Sequence record: PV357171.2
Reading direction: 5' to 3' (one strand)
Length of the DNA stretch: 64,000 nt
DNA from: a phage
Shown here: one piece after another, positions 1 to 8,494 of the stretch
Layout: each line of letters opens with the position of its first letter
Position numbering within the stretch: position 1 is the stretch's first letter
Notes under the pieces: model-generated
What the model was told of the DNA's origin: nothing
Seen by the model: only the letters and a program-made list of their open reading frames with translations
Databases searched by the model: none
Program-made: the position numbers and the translations under genes

Positions 1-1
1 C

Positions 2-295
2 CTAACGACTGACCAATCTTTCAAGATTGCAGGTATTGAATGCGGCGTACACGGTCACAATGGCATTAACGGGAGCCGTGGCAATCCGAAACAATTTAAG
101 AAATTGGGCAAATTAAACACCGGACACACTCATACCGCCAGCATTTACGGCGGCGTTTATACCGCTGGCGTGGCTGGTAGTCTGGATATGGGTTACAACG
201 TTGGCGCGTCAAGCTGGACACAAACGCATTTAATTACCTATGCAAACGGTCAACGCACTTTGATTGACTTTAAAAACGGTAAATTCTTTGCGTAA
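2..295 (+). CDS. C-terminal part of a pre-early protein (A1-like, possible metallophosphoesterase); 5' end outside window
   Basis: Reading frame open from window edge to stop at 293-295; GHxH-like motif (GHTHT); lies upstream of dmp as in T5 pre-early region. Confidence 0.35.
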   Translation, partial: LTTDQSFKIAGIECGVHGHNGINGSRGNPKQFKKLGKLNTGHTHTASIYGGVYTAGVAGSLDMGYNVGASSWTQTHLITYANGQRTLIDFKNGKFFA

Positions 296-351
296 TTAAA
301 TTATTCCCCTAGCGGCTTGAAATATAGCCGCTATTATAGGAGCTAAATTAA

Positions 352-609
352 ATGAAAGTTACATTACCCAAAACATTGGACGAAAAAGTATTTATTTCAC
401 CGGATGAAATGGAATCTGATAAAGTTTACAGCTTCGGGCCTATCCTAGCCGCCAAAACTAATACGGATGGTATTATTTCCGTCGATTCCCGTGATAACGA
501 TATTGTTCCTTTTGATGATGATGGCGCTTTTTATGAGTGGCTAAGCGATAATAATTTACCCGTAAACGGTGAATTAACGCCATACCAGATGCAGATTATT
601 ATCAAATAA
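352..609 (+). CDS. hypothetical pre-early protein (85 aa)
   Basis: ORF track; compact spacing with neighbours. Confidence 0.4.
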   Translation: MKVTLPKTLDEKVFISPDEMESDKVYSFGPILAAKTNTDGIISVDSRDNDIVPFDDDGAFYEWLSDNNLPVNGELTPYQMQIIIK

Positions 610-647
610 ATTAAATCCATTATTAAACTAATTGGAGTTTTATAAAT

Positions 648-1040
648 ATGAAAAAGCAAAATATTCCCTTCGATCGCGCTCAGTCCTCAATTGTTCTGGT
701 TTATTCCAACGGCGAACGTTACCACGTCGAGGCTGGACACGTTATTGATGACCTATTAGATTTCAATGACGCTTTGCAGGTTACTACCTTTGCATATACG
801 CAGGGCAAACTAACCAGCCATATTAAAGCAAAAGGCGTTTATGTTGACACGGTGAAACAAGAAACGATTATCATCGACGCCGTAAAATCCGGCCTAGCCT
901 TTGCAGTTGTCGCGCCTTGCCTCGCTTGCCTTGATGATCAATTGATTAGTGCAAAGGTCTACACATGTGCGGGGATTCGTTCTAGCGTATCCGGTGAGGA
1001 TGTTAGTTTTATCGCTGATGCGTTGGCTTATGGTCTTTAA
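648..1040 (+). CDS. hypothetical pre-early protein (130 aa), possibly A2-like
   Basis: ORF track; size and position relative to A1-like and dmp; no motif recognised. Confidence 0.35.
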   Translation: MKKQNIPFDRAQSSIVLVYSNGERYHVEAGHVIDDLLDFNDALQVTTFAYTQGKLTSHIKAKGVYVDTVKQETIIIDAVKSGLAFAVVAPCLACLDDQLISAKVYTCAGIRSSVSGEDVSFIADALAYGL

Positions 1041-1120
1041 TAGTTGATTTATTATTGCCCGCTTATAAATAGCGGGTAATGCTGAATTAATCTAATCCCT
1101 TAAATGGAGAACGTAACAAA

Positions 1121-1855
1121 ATGAATCAAGTTAAAACGAATATTACCCGTAATTTCCCGCATATTTCCCGCGTCATGATTTGGGATCTTGATGGCACTAT
1201 CGTTAATTCATTCCATCGTGTCGCGCCTTGCTTTGATAGCGACGGGAATTTAAATTTAAATAAGTATAAAAATGAGGCTTGCAAACATGATTTAATAATG
1301 CAAGATACTTTATTGCCTTTGGTGGAATATATGCGCCAATGCATGAATGACGCAAATACTTTAAACATTATTTGCACCGCTCGACTGATGAGCAAATCAG
1401 ACTATTATTATTTGCGTAAACAAGGATTGCGCGGGCGTGGTGATAGTAATATCCGTGTATTTTCCCGCGATACACTGCATAAATATTTTGAGGCTGATAA
1501 GGTTAGCGAAATATACCACAGCAAAGACGCAGTTTATAAATCGTATTATTTTGAGCTATTCAAACAACTATATCCGAACGCTGATTTTACAATGATTGAT
1601 GATCATAAAGGTGTATTATCAGCGGCAGCGTCATACGGATTTAAAACGCTGGACGCGCAAGCCGTTAATGATATTCTATCAATCGGCGTGGCATTGATAG
1701 GCGGAACCTTTATTGATGAATCTCTCGATGATGATAATGATTATCAGTTCCTAGCGGACCGATTGAAATTATGTTGGGAAAGTATGACCGAGGAAGAACG
1801 CGCAGAATATAGTTGCAGCCCGCAACAATATATTGAGAAATTAAAAGTTGCGTAA
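1121..1855 (+). CDS. dmp: 5'-deoxynucleotidase, HAD superfamily (T5 Dmp-like)
   Basis: 244 aa; HAD motif I DxDGT in IWDLDGTIVNS near N-terminus; SD GGAG upstream. Confidence 0.65.
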   Translation: MNQVKTNITRNFPHISRVMIWDLDGTIVNSFHRVAPCFDSDGNLNLNKYKNEACKHDLIMQDTLLPLVEYMRQCMNDANTLNIICTARLMSKSDYYYLRKQGLRGRGDSNIRVFSRDTLHKYFEADKVSEIYHSKDAVYKSYYFELFKQLYPNADFTMIDDHKGVLSAAASYGFKTLDAQAVNDILSIGVALIGGTFIDESLDDDNDYQFLADRLKLCWESMTEEERAEYSCSPQQYIEKLKVA

Positions 1856-1870
1856 TAATTAAAGTTGAAA

Positions 1871-1905
1871 TAGTCACGGTGTGTAATGATAACATGCCGT
1901 GACTA
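1871..1905 (+). other. inverted repeat (9-bp stem TAGTCACGG/CCGTGACTA, ~17-nt loop) downstream of dmp
   Basis: Read directly from sequence; not followed by a clear U-tract. Confidence 0.5.
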
Positions 1906-2017
1906 TTAGCTTGCTAAGTACCGGGCGGTAATGAGACTCATTCTCATCTGGGGGGCCACTGCACCCACCCACGCGTACGTAATCCAAAGAATTTGGCAAA
2001 AGTCATTTTAGTGCTAA

Positions 2018-2557
2018 TTAACTGTTTAATTGGGCAACGTCTGGTATACTTCCTTTGAACATCTCCTGTATTGCAAAGTCACCATGAAATGTCCTTCTTA
2101 GTAAATTTGCATAATTTACGGCATCTTCTAATCCGCTATAGGGAAAGTACTTAGTAGTACCCCTTATCAGCCCCTGTTTATCATGTAATCTTACCATCCA
2201 CTTCTGAAGTTCTTTATGCCATGTAACATTTAGATAGCCTGATGATGCTCTTGAGATTCTGCCATTATGATTATTCTCTGTAATTGAAGCCTCTCTTAAA
2301 TTTGACCATCTATTATTTAGTTTATTCCTATCTATGTGGTCTACACATTCCTCTGGCCATCTATTCTCCATAATAACAAAAGCTACTTGATGTGCATAAG
2401 CTTTAAACCCTCGATACTTAAGCTGCCTATATCCCCTATTTAAAGTACCTGCTTCTTTACCCTTACGATTGCCTCTTTTCCAGGTAAAAACTCCGGTTTC
2501 GGGATCATAAGCAAATACTTCTTGTATTTCCTGTATGTTTAAATTATTCTTCATCAC
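2018..2557 (-). CDS. HNH homing endonuclease
   Basis: N-terminal YDPETGxFxW motif shared with three other ORFs in window; HxDxNxxNNRxxNL HNH core. Confidence 0.7.
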   Translation of the reverse strand: MMKNNLNIQEIQEVFAYDPETGVFTWKRGNRKGKEAGTLNRGYRQLKYRGFKAYAHQVAFVIMENRWPEECVDHIDRNKLNNRWSNLREASITENNHNGRISRASSGYLNVTWHKELQKWMVRLHDKQGLIRGTTKYFPYSGLEDAVNYANLLRRTFHGDFAIQEMFKGSIPDVAQLNS

Positions 2558-2789
2558 TCACCTTTGCCCGAAATCTCTTCCGCGACGCCCGAGATCCATC
2601 CGACCACTCCCGCTCAAACTCCGCACGTTTCTCGTCAAACTTCCGCTCCCTTTCCGCAATCTTCCGCTCCCTTTCCGCAATCTCCCGCGATACTTCCGCA
2701 GTATACTTACGATGCTTGTTAATAGCCGCAGTCATTCCGAAAACTCCCGCAAGTACCCCGATAATAAAAGCAATTATAATACTAAACAT
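2544..2789 (-). CDS. small membrane protein (81 aa), N-terminal TM helix then highly charged ER/K-rich tail
   Basis: Hydrophobic segment FSIIIAFIIGVLAGVFGMTAA; charged repeat REIAERERKIAERERK; overlaps neighbours (coupled chain). Confidence 0.5.
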   Translation of the reverse strand: MFSIIIAFIIGVLAGVFGMTAAINKHRKYTAEVSREIAERERKIAERERKFDEKRAEFEREWSDGSRASRKRFRAKVSDEE

Positions 2790-2976
2790 CTAATTCCCTC
2801 TCAATTTGCAGAATACGGGTACTATCACAACGTTGGAGTTCTACTAATTTTTCTAGAGCAAATTGTTGTTGTTTTACCTGAGCTTCTAGAGTTTTTAGGC
2901 GAACATACGCGTTATAAGAAACAATGAAAGTTGCCCAGACTAGTATTACTATTAGTGTAGCTACTACTTCCATCAT
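2782..2976 (-). CDS. small single-pass membrane protein (64 aa), paralog family MEW/MEV-TM-coiled coil
   Basis: TM segment VVATLIVILVWATFIV followed by coiled-coil-like tail; ATGA overlap with upstream ORF. Confidence 0.5.
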   Translation of the reverse strand: MMEVVATLIVILVWATFIVSYNAYVRLKTLEAQVKQQQFALEKLVELQRCDSTRILQIERELDV

Positions 2977-3080
2977 TTACGTTTCTCCGTTAGTAAAGTT
3001 TCAATTCTAGCTAAGTGATTATCTAAAATACATTGCCCAATAATCATAATTCCCAGTAATGAAATAATTACCCATTCCAT
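2973..3080 (-). CDS. small single-pass membrane protein (35 aa), paralog not in ORF track
   Basis: Hand translation: MEWVIISLLGIMIIGQCILDNHLARIETLLTEKRK; TAATG overlap at 5' end and ATGA overlap at 3' end; DNA-level repeat with the adjacent paralog. Confidence 0.4.
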   Translation of the reverse strand: MEWVIISLLGIMIIGQCILDNHLARIETLLTEKRK

Positions 3081-3235
3081 TATTTACGCTCCTCTAATAA
3101 AGTTTCAATTCTAGATAACCTATTACTCAACTGCATTAATTTAACCTCTACTTGGGTTACAGAGGTATCTATTACACGTAAGCCTACAAAGAGAAGTATC
3201 AGTAGGATGAATATGCCAATAATTACCCATTCCAT
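3080..3235 (-). CDS. small single-pass membrane protein (about 51 aa from internal ATG of track ORF 3080..3265)
   Basis: MEWVIIGIFILLILLFVG TM then ...RIETLLEERK tail; start ATG shares one base with upstream stop. Confidence 0.5.
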   Translation of the reverse strand: MEWVIIGIFILLILLFVGLRVIDTSVTQVEVKLMQLSNRLSRIETLLEERK

Positions 3236-3426
3236 TAAATCCACCCCGCCATAGCTGCTAACCAAAAACCTACGAAGATTAGGAATAATACAAAACCAAA
3301 TCCGTAAATATTAATCCACGCTTCGTACACTTCTCCGCGTCTGTTCTTTCTTTTGTTTGACATATCTTTCCTGCTCCTATAAATATAGTATTTGGAATAT
3401 TTTATAATTTGCGCATAGCCAACCAT
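3235..3426 (-). CDS. small membrane protein (63 aa) with basic N-terminus and C-terminal TM helix
   Basis: KRKNRRGE basic patch then GFGFVLFLIFVGFWLAAMAGWI hydrophobic C-terminus. Confidence 0.45.
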   Translation of the reverse strand: MVGYAQIIKYSKYYIYRSRKDMSNKRKNRRGEVYEAWINIYGFGFVLFLIFVGFWLAAMAGWI

Positions 3427-3539
3427 GCTCGTGATTTCCTAGAAGGGCTTTTCACTTTCTTGCATAGTGTTTTCTGCTAGTACACCATCCAAGAAATAAA
3501 AAATTTAGTTTACTTGGATGTCTTTTTGCTTTATACTAA

Positions 3540-3806
3540 TTACAAGTAATTAGATTGCTCTAGTTTAAATTTACAATCACCATATTTAAGGTCAAACTGA
3601 CTGAGATCCCACCATCCAAACTTAGTACGGAGCTGTACTACTGGAAAGCGATCTCCCTTAATACGAACTTTTTGAACCTTGAGACCGTAATGTTCTTCTC
3701 CCTCACCACCAAAAGATTTTACAAATCCAGTACAAAATGGTTTGGGAGCAGGTGCACAACCAGATAACATAACTGCGGCAACTAGTGTAATCACAAACTT
3801 TTTCAT
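3540..3806 (-). CDS. llp: lytic-conversion lipoprotein (Llp-like receptor-blocking lipoprotein)
   Basis: Signal peptide with lipobox LSGC; 88 aa; divergently transcribed from receptor-binding protein gene as in T5. Confidence 0.7.
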   Translation of the reverse strand: MKKFVITLVAAVMLSGCAPAPKPFCTGFVKSFGGEGEEHYGLKVQKVRIKGDRFPVVQLRTKFGWWDLSQFDLKYGDCKFKLEQSNYL

Positions 3807-3837
3807 ATTTATCTCTCCATTTCTAATTTATGAATAT

Positions 3838-3866
3838 ATTATAGCAAAATAGAGAGATGAAAGCAA
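3838..3866 (-). promoter_or_regulatory. sigma70-type early promoter for llp (TTGCTT-17-TATAAT on minus strand)
   Basis: Hexamers read from sequence; member of the T5 early promoter family. Confidence 0.6.
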
Positions 3867-3891
3867 ATACATTTTTATAATAGGAGATTAT

Positions 3892-5649
3892 ATGGGTTTT
3901 TTCGCTGGAAAATATAGCGATGGTAAGACCGTACTATCTTTAAATACTGAATCTGGTGGTGACATTAATCGTCACTATAGTCCAAATACCAATAGTATTT
4001 TTCATAGTGATATGCCATTTGTCCTAGTTGATGGTACTTATGAGTCTGGGTTAGGTGATGCCGGTAATGGGTTTTTTGTATGTCAGATGCCCTCTGACAT
4101 AATAAATATTAAATCCAATGACCCCGGTAGAGTTATATTAACTGCTATTGAGATTAATGGTACTCACAGAGCTTTTCTTAATGGTACTCAGAGTAAGGTG
4201 GGTCAAACTATAGTTGCCACTCAAGCAGATCCTTTTAGATCTTTTGCTAGTGTTTCCCAGACTAGTGGATTTGCATTTGGTAATAGCCTGGCATCTGGTA
4301 CATATAACTATAATCCATCTATAGGGCATGAAGAATCTATTTCTAGGAATGGTACAGGGGGTACTACCTTACATAGTACGTATCATGGTATAGTTAGGCC
4401 GGGTGCAGGAGCTCCAGTAGGTATTACTGTTGCAGAAGCTTTTGCACAGTTAGGATTCCCTACTAATAGTAGTACAGTACCTATAGATGGTAATAACCAA
4501 TATTACTGGGACCCAGGATGGATGTCTCCTTTAGGATCAGCACACAGAGGGCACGATTGGTTTTATGTTTGTAACTCTAACATACGTGGGTATGGTGGGG
4601 TAAGACAAGGTCTTCCTGGTAATGTAAATACTATGTATCATGATGGAGGTAACAGATTTGTTTGTAGGGGGTCTACAACTAATTTAGCTAACCAATCTGG
4701 TAACGCTACAATATTACAGGATTGGTATAACATAACCCCTACTAAAGTTATTTGGTATGTTCTGAATTTAAGATACTCAAATGGTGGTATGAGTATCTCT
4801 GGTAATCCTTTTACTGGTTCAGATATTCTTATATCTCCTTCTAATTTCATAATTAAAGGGGTTAGTCTTCCCAATACTGGATACAAGTTTATTAACCAGA
4901 ACGCTTTTGGTAACTTAGGTTATAGACCAGATATGGAGTATATAGGAAATAACGCAGCGTATACCGGGGTTTTTGGGGATACCACGGCAAGGTGTGAACT
5001 TGTAGGATCTAGTAATGGGGGTTTGTGGTCTCCTGTAGATTATGGAGGGGCTAAATCTCAAATTAGTATTTATAAATTCGGAGCTGGTAAGCAATGGTAT
5101 GTAAACTCTAGGGATAATACTATCGGTAATGAACACGGGGTTGTTTGGGGACCATCAGCAGTTCCATTACGACTTTTTGGTGGAAATGTAGGTAGCTCTT
5201 ACATGGGGGATGATATTACTCCCAGCTACCCGGGAACAGGGGATAGATACGTTGGTTTATCAACTATTGGGCTAGGTATACCGGGTGGCAATGCTACAGT
5301 AATTCTTACCACTGAAGTTATATCAGGTAACCTTAACTGTGCAGGTGTTCCTGCTAATACATGGAATAACGGTGTGTTTCAAGTGCAAGGAAGAAGAGCA
5401 TATAGCTATAGTAATGGAGATGCAATATTCCACCAGATTTTAACATTACCAGTAGGGTATTTAGTACCTTTTCATACTACATCTGCTTTTAGATACACAC
5501 CTAACAATGCCCTAAGTAGAAATAGTTTTATATACACTGCTAAAAATCTGGGGAATGGAAATGTAGAGTTAGGGGTAGTTATGCACGTAAGTTTAGGTAG
5601 TGCAGTTTTCCTACCGAGATTAAGAGTAACAGTTCAACGCCTTACCTAA
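3892..5649 (+). CDS. oad: receptor-binding tail protein (pb5/Oad-like)
   Basis: 585 aa; adjacent and divergent to llp; SD AGGAGA upstream; position before terminase as in T5. Confidence 0.6.
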
Positions 5650-5659
5650 AGGAGGAAAT

Positions 5660-6142
5660 ATGGCAAATGATGTATTAGTACCAGATCTTATGTCCCCTGA
5701 AGGGATGGATGTAATTGAAGCATATTTACAGTGTGGGAGTGATGTGCCTTCTGCCGCACGTAGTCTTGGAATGTCCGAAATTGCTTTTAGAGATATTATG
5801 AATCGTAGTGAAGTTAAGAACTACTTAAATGATATTTTTATGGAGAGTGGTTTCCGTAACAGAGATCGTTTATTTGGTGTTCTGGATGAAGTTATCAAGC
5901 GTAAACTAGAGGAACTAGAAGAAACTGGCATGGGTTCTGACCAAGATATTATGGATATTCTCTGGAAAGCACATAAAATGAAAATGGAAGAAATGAAAAT
6001 GATGGTAGAACTGGAGAAAGTTAAGGCAGCAGCCCGTACTCCAGCTAACCAGACCAACATCCAGAATAATATTATTGCTGGAGCTGGGGATCAAAACTAC
6101 ATGGACTTAATTACTTCCCTAGCTACTGGAGGTAAGAAGTAA
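5660..6142 (+). CDS. putative terminase small subunit
   Basis: 160 aa, HTH-like N-terminus, immediately upstream of and overlapping the large terminase start. Confidence 0.45.
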
Positions 6143-7458
6143 TGGAAGTATCAAGACCTTACGTTAATACAGTAGATGTTATTGATTTCGGAATAGATAA
6201 ACGTTTCTTTCGTCTACCTGTTTCGGGAATACTAGCACAAGAAGGTATTACACCTAATGGTCCTCAAATAGCGATTATTAATGCTCTAGAGGATCCTAGA
6301 CATCGTTTTGTAACGGCGTGTGTATCACGCCGTGTAGGTAAATCCTTCATCGCATATACTCTTGGGTTCCTAAAATTGCTGGAACCTAATGTGAAGGTGT
6401 TAGTAGTTGCTCCTAACTATTCACTGGCCAACATCGGATGGTCTCAGATTCGTGGTCTTATTAAAAAATATGGCCTACAAACTGAACGTGAGAACGCTAA
6501 AGATAAGGAAATTGAGTTAGCTAATGGTTCTCTGTTTAAACTAGCTTCCGCTGCTCAGGCTGACTCCGCAGTTGGACGTTCATATGATTTTATCATCTTT
6601 GACGAGGCGGCAATTTCCGATGTGGGTGGTGATGCCTTCAGGGTTCAGCTGCGTCCTACCCTAGATAAACCTAATTCTAAGGCTCTATTTATTTCCACCC
6701 CTCGTGGAGGTAACTGGTTTAAAGAGTTTTACGCCTACGGATTTGATGATACGTTGCCTAACTGGGTATCTATTCATGGTACATATCGTGATAACCCTCG
6801 TGCTGACCTGAATGATATAGAAGAAGCACGTCGTACGGTTAGTAAAAACTACTTCCGCCAGGAATATGAAGCTGACTTCTCTGTATTTGAAGGTCAGATT
6901 TTTGATACTTTCAATGCTATTGACCATGTTAAAGACCTTAAGGGTATGCGTCATTTCTTTAAAGATGATGAAGCATTCGAAACGTTGCTTGGTATCGACG
7001 TTGGTTATCGTGATCCTACAGCAGTTCTTACTATTAAGTATCATTACGATACGGATACTTACTATGTATTAGAAGAGTACCAGCAGGCGGAGAAAACTAC
7101 AGCTCAGCATGCTGCTTACATTCAGCACTGTATAGATCGTTATAAAGTTGATCGTATTTTTGTTGACTCCGCGGCAGCTCAGTTCCGTCAAGACTTAGCT
7201 TATGAGCATGAAATTGCATCAGCTCCAGCTAAAAAATCTGTCCTAGATGGCCTAGCATGCCTGCAAGCACTGTTCCAACAGGGTAAGATTATTGTAGATG
7301 CCTCATGCTCCTCCTTAATTCATGCACTGCAGAACTATAAGTGGGATTTCCAAGAAGGTGAAGAAAAATTATCCCGTGAAAAACCACGTCATGATGCTAA
7401 CTCTCACCTTTGTGATGCGCTGCGCTACGGAATTTACTCTATTTCCCGTGGTAAATAA
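6142..7458 (+). CDS. terminase large subunit
   Basis: 438 aa; Walker A-like VSRRVGKS, ATPase plus nuclease domain layout; length as I recall for T5 TerL. Confidence 0.85.
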   Translation: MEVSRPYVNTVDVIDFGIDKRFFRLPVSGILAQEGITPNGPQIAIINALEDPRHRFVTACVSRRVGKSFIAYTLGFLKLLEPNVKVLVVAPNYSLANIGWSQIRGLIKKYGLQTERENAKDKEIELANGSLFKLASAAQADSAVGRSYDFIIFDEAAISDVGGDAFRVQLRPTLDKPNSKALFISTPRGGNWFKEFYAYGFDDTLPNWVSIHGTYRDNPRADLNDIEEARRTVSKNYFRQEYEADFSVFEGQIFDTFNAIDHVKDLKGMRHFFKDDEAFETLLGIDVGYRDPTAVLTIKYHYDTDTYYVLEEYQQAEKTTAQHAAYIQHCIDRYKVDRIFVDSAAAQFRQDLAYEHEIASAPAKKSVLDGLACLQALFQQGKIIVDASCSSLIHALQNYKWDFQEGEEKLSREKPRHDANSHLCDALRYGIYSISRGK

Positions 7459-7467
7459 ATAAGTATA

Positions 7468-7506
7468 GGATGGGATACTACTCAGTTGGTATCCCATTCC
7501 TGCATT
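7468..7506 (+). terminator. stem-loop after terminase gene (GGGATAC...GTATCCC)
   Basis: Inverted repeat followed by T-rich tract. Confidence 0.5.
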
Positions 7507-7629
7507 TTAAAATCCCCTTTACAAATTCGATATGATTATGTATACTATATTCATTGATCGGGAGAACTTCTCCCATAATAGAACGTAAACAAGAAAAATT
7601 AATGCTCTACATGAGGTGTAGGAGATTCT

Positions 7630-8268
7630 ATGGGTCGACAAAAGCTAACAATAAAAGATATAAATACTAGATTAGCTGATCGTGGAATCCAAATTGTCGG
7701 TGAATATGTAAACCAGCGTACAAAAACAGTATTTAGATGCCAGAGAGCACACGTTTGGGAAGCAACACCACATTCTGTACTTCATATGAGGAGAGGTTGT
7801 CCACACTGCTCCAATAATACAATATCGTTAGATGAAGTTAGTAACAGAATATCTAATATAGGGTATACTCTGTTAAGCAGCTATACTAATGCTAAAACAA
7901 AACTACATCTACGTTGCAATAATGGGCATGACTGTTTCATTACCCTAGATGGATTGACTCAAGGTAAAAGATGTCCTTATTGTTCTCTTAAATGGGAAAA
8001 TGGCGGATTCCTCTATATCATGTCCTCCTGCAGAGGTACTAAAGTAGGCATAAGCTTATACCCTGAGAAGCGGCTGAACGAGGTTAAAAGAGAATCTGGA
8101 TTTTCTGACATATACTTGTTCACCGTGTATTATCTGCCGGATAGAGAGACTGCTTTAGATTTAGAGAAGGAAGTTCACAGAAAATATTATAATAAAAACT
8201 GTGGGTTTTCTAATTTTACAGGAAGTACGGAATTTTTTAATGTTGCTCCTGAAGATGCTTTCAAATAG
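7630..8268 (+). CDS. putative homing endonuclease, T5orf172/GIY-YIG-like domain with duplicated N-terminal zinc-ribbon modules
   Basis: Two repeats ending CPHC and CPYC; C-terminal GGFLYIM...GTKVGIS...R...E pattern; inserted between terminase and portal. Confidence 0.6.
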   Translation: MGRQKLTIKDINTRLADRGIQIVGEYVNQRTKTVFRCQRAHVWEATPHSVLHMRRGCPHCSNNTISLDEVSNRISNIGYTLLSSYTNAKTKLHLRCNNGHDCFITLDGLTQGKRCPYCSLKWENGGFLYIMSSCRGTKVGISLYPEKRLNEVKRESGFSDIYLFTVYYLPDRETALDLEKEVHRKYYNKNCGFSNFTGSTEFFNVAPEDAFK

Positions 8269-8494
8269 GGAAGCATTCTACAAGAAATATGAGCATGAGT
8301 TAGTTAGGGACGTGGTAACATTGTGCCAGCACCATCACCAATTATTACATAAGGTTTACACAAAAGAACCTCCTTTATTTTCTGCTAATAAGCAAAAAGT
8401 GTGGGTTCAAAAGCAGAAAGACAAATTACAGAATCCTCAAGAAAAGACACAAGTCAAGACTGAAACAAAATCAGGATTCGCAAGGTTCTTATAA
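8255..8494 (+). CDS. hypothetical small protein with His-rich HNH-like motif (LCQHHHQLLH)
   Basis: Track ORF 8201..8494, start trimmed to internal ATG; stop overlaps portal ATG (TAATG). Confidence 0.3.
   Translation: MLSNREAFYKKYEHELVRDVVTLCQHHHQLLHKVYTKEPPLFSANKQKVWVQKQKDKLQNPQEKTQVKTETKSGFARFL

Noticed and set aside
2535-2927. 130-aa plus-strand ORF overlapping the small membrane-protein genes
   Set aside because: Pro/Arg/Leu-rich antisense translation of the charged ER/K repeat region; the minus-strand coupled ORFs are the better explanation.
3876-3881. TATAAT hexamer just upstream of the receptor-binding protein gene as its promoter -10
   Set aside because: It overlaps the SD/ATG spacing (transcript would start within the RBS); more likely part of the divergent llp promoter region than a functional -10 for the plus-strand gene.
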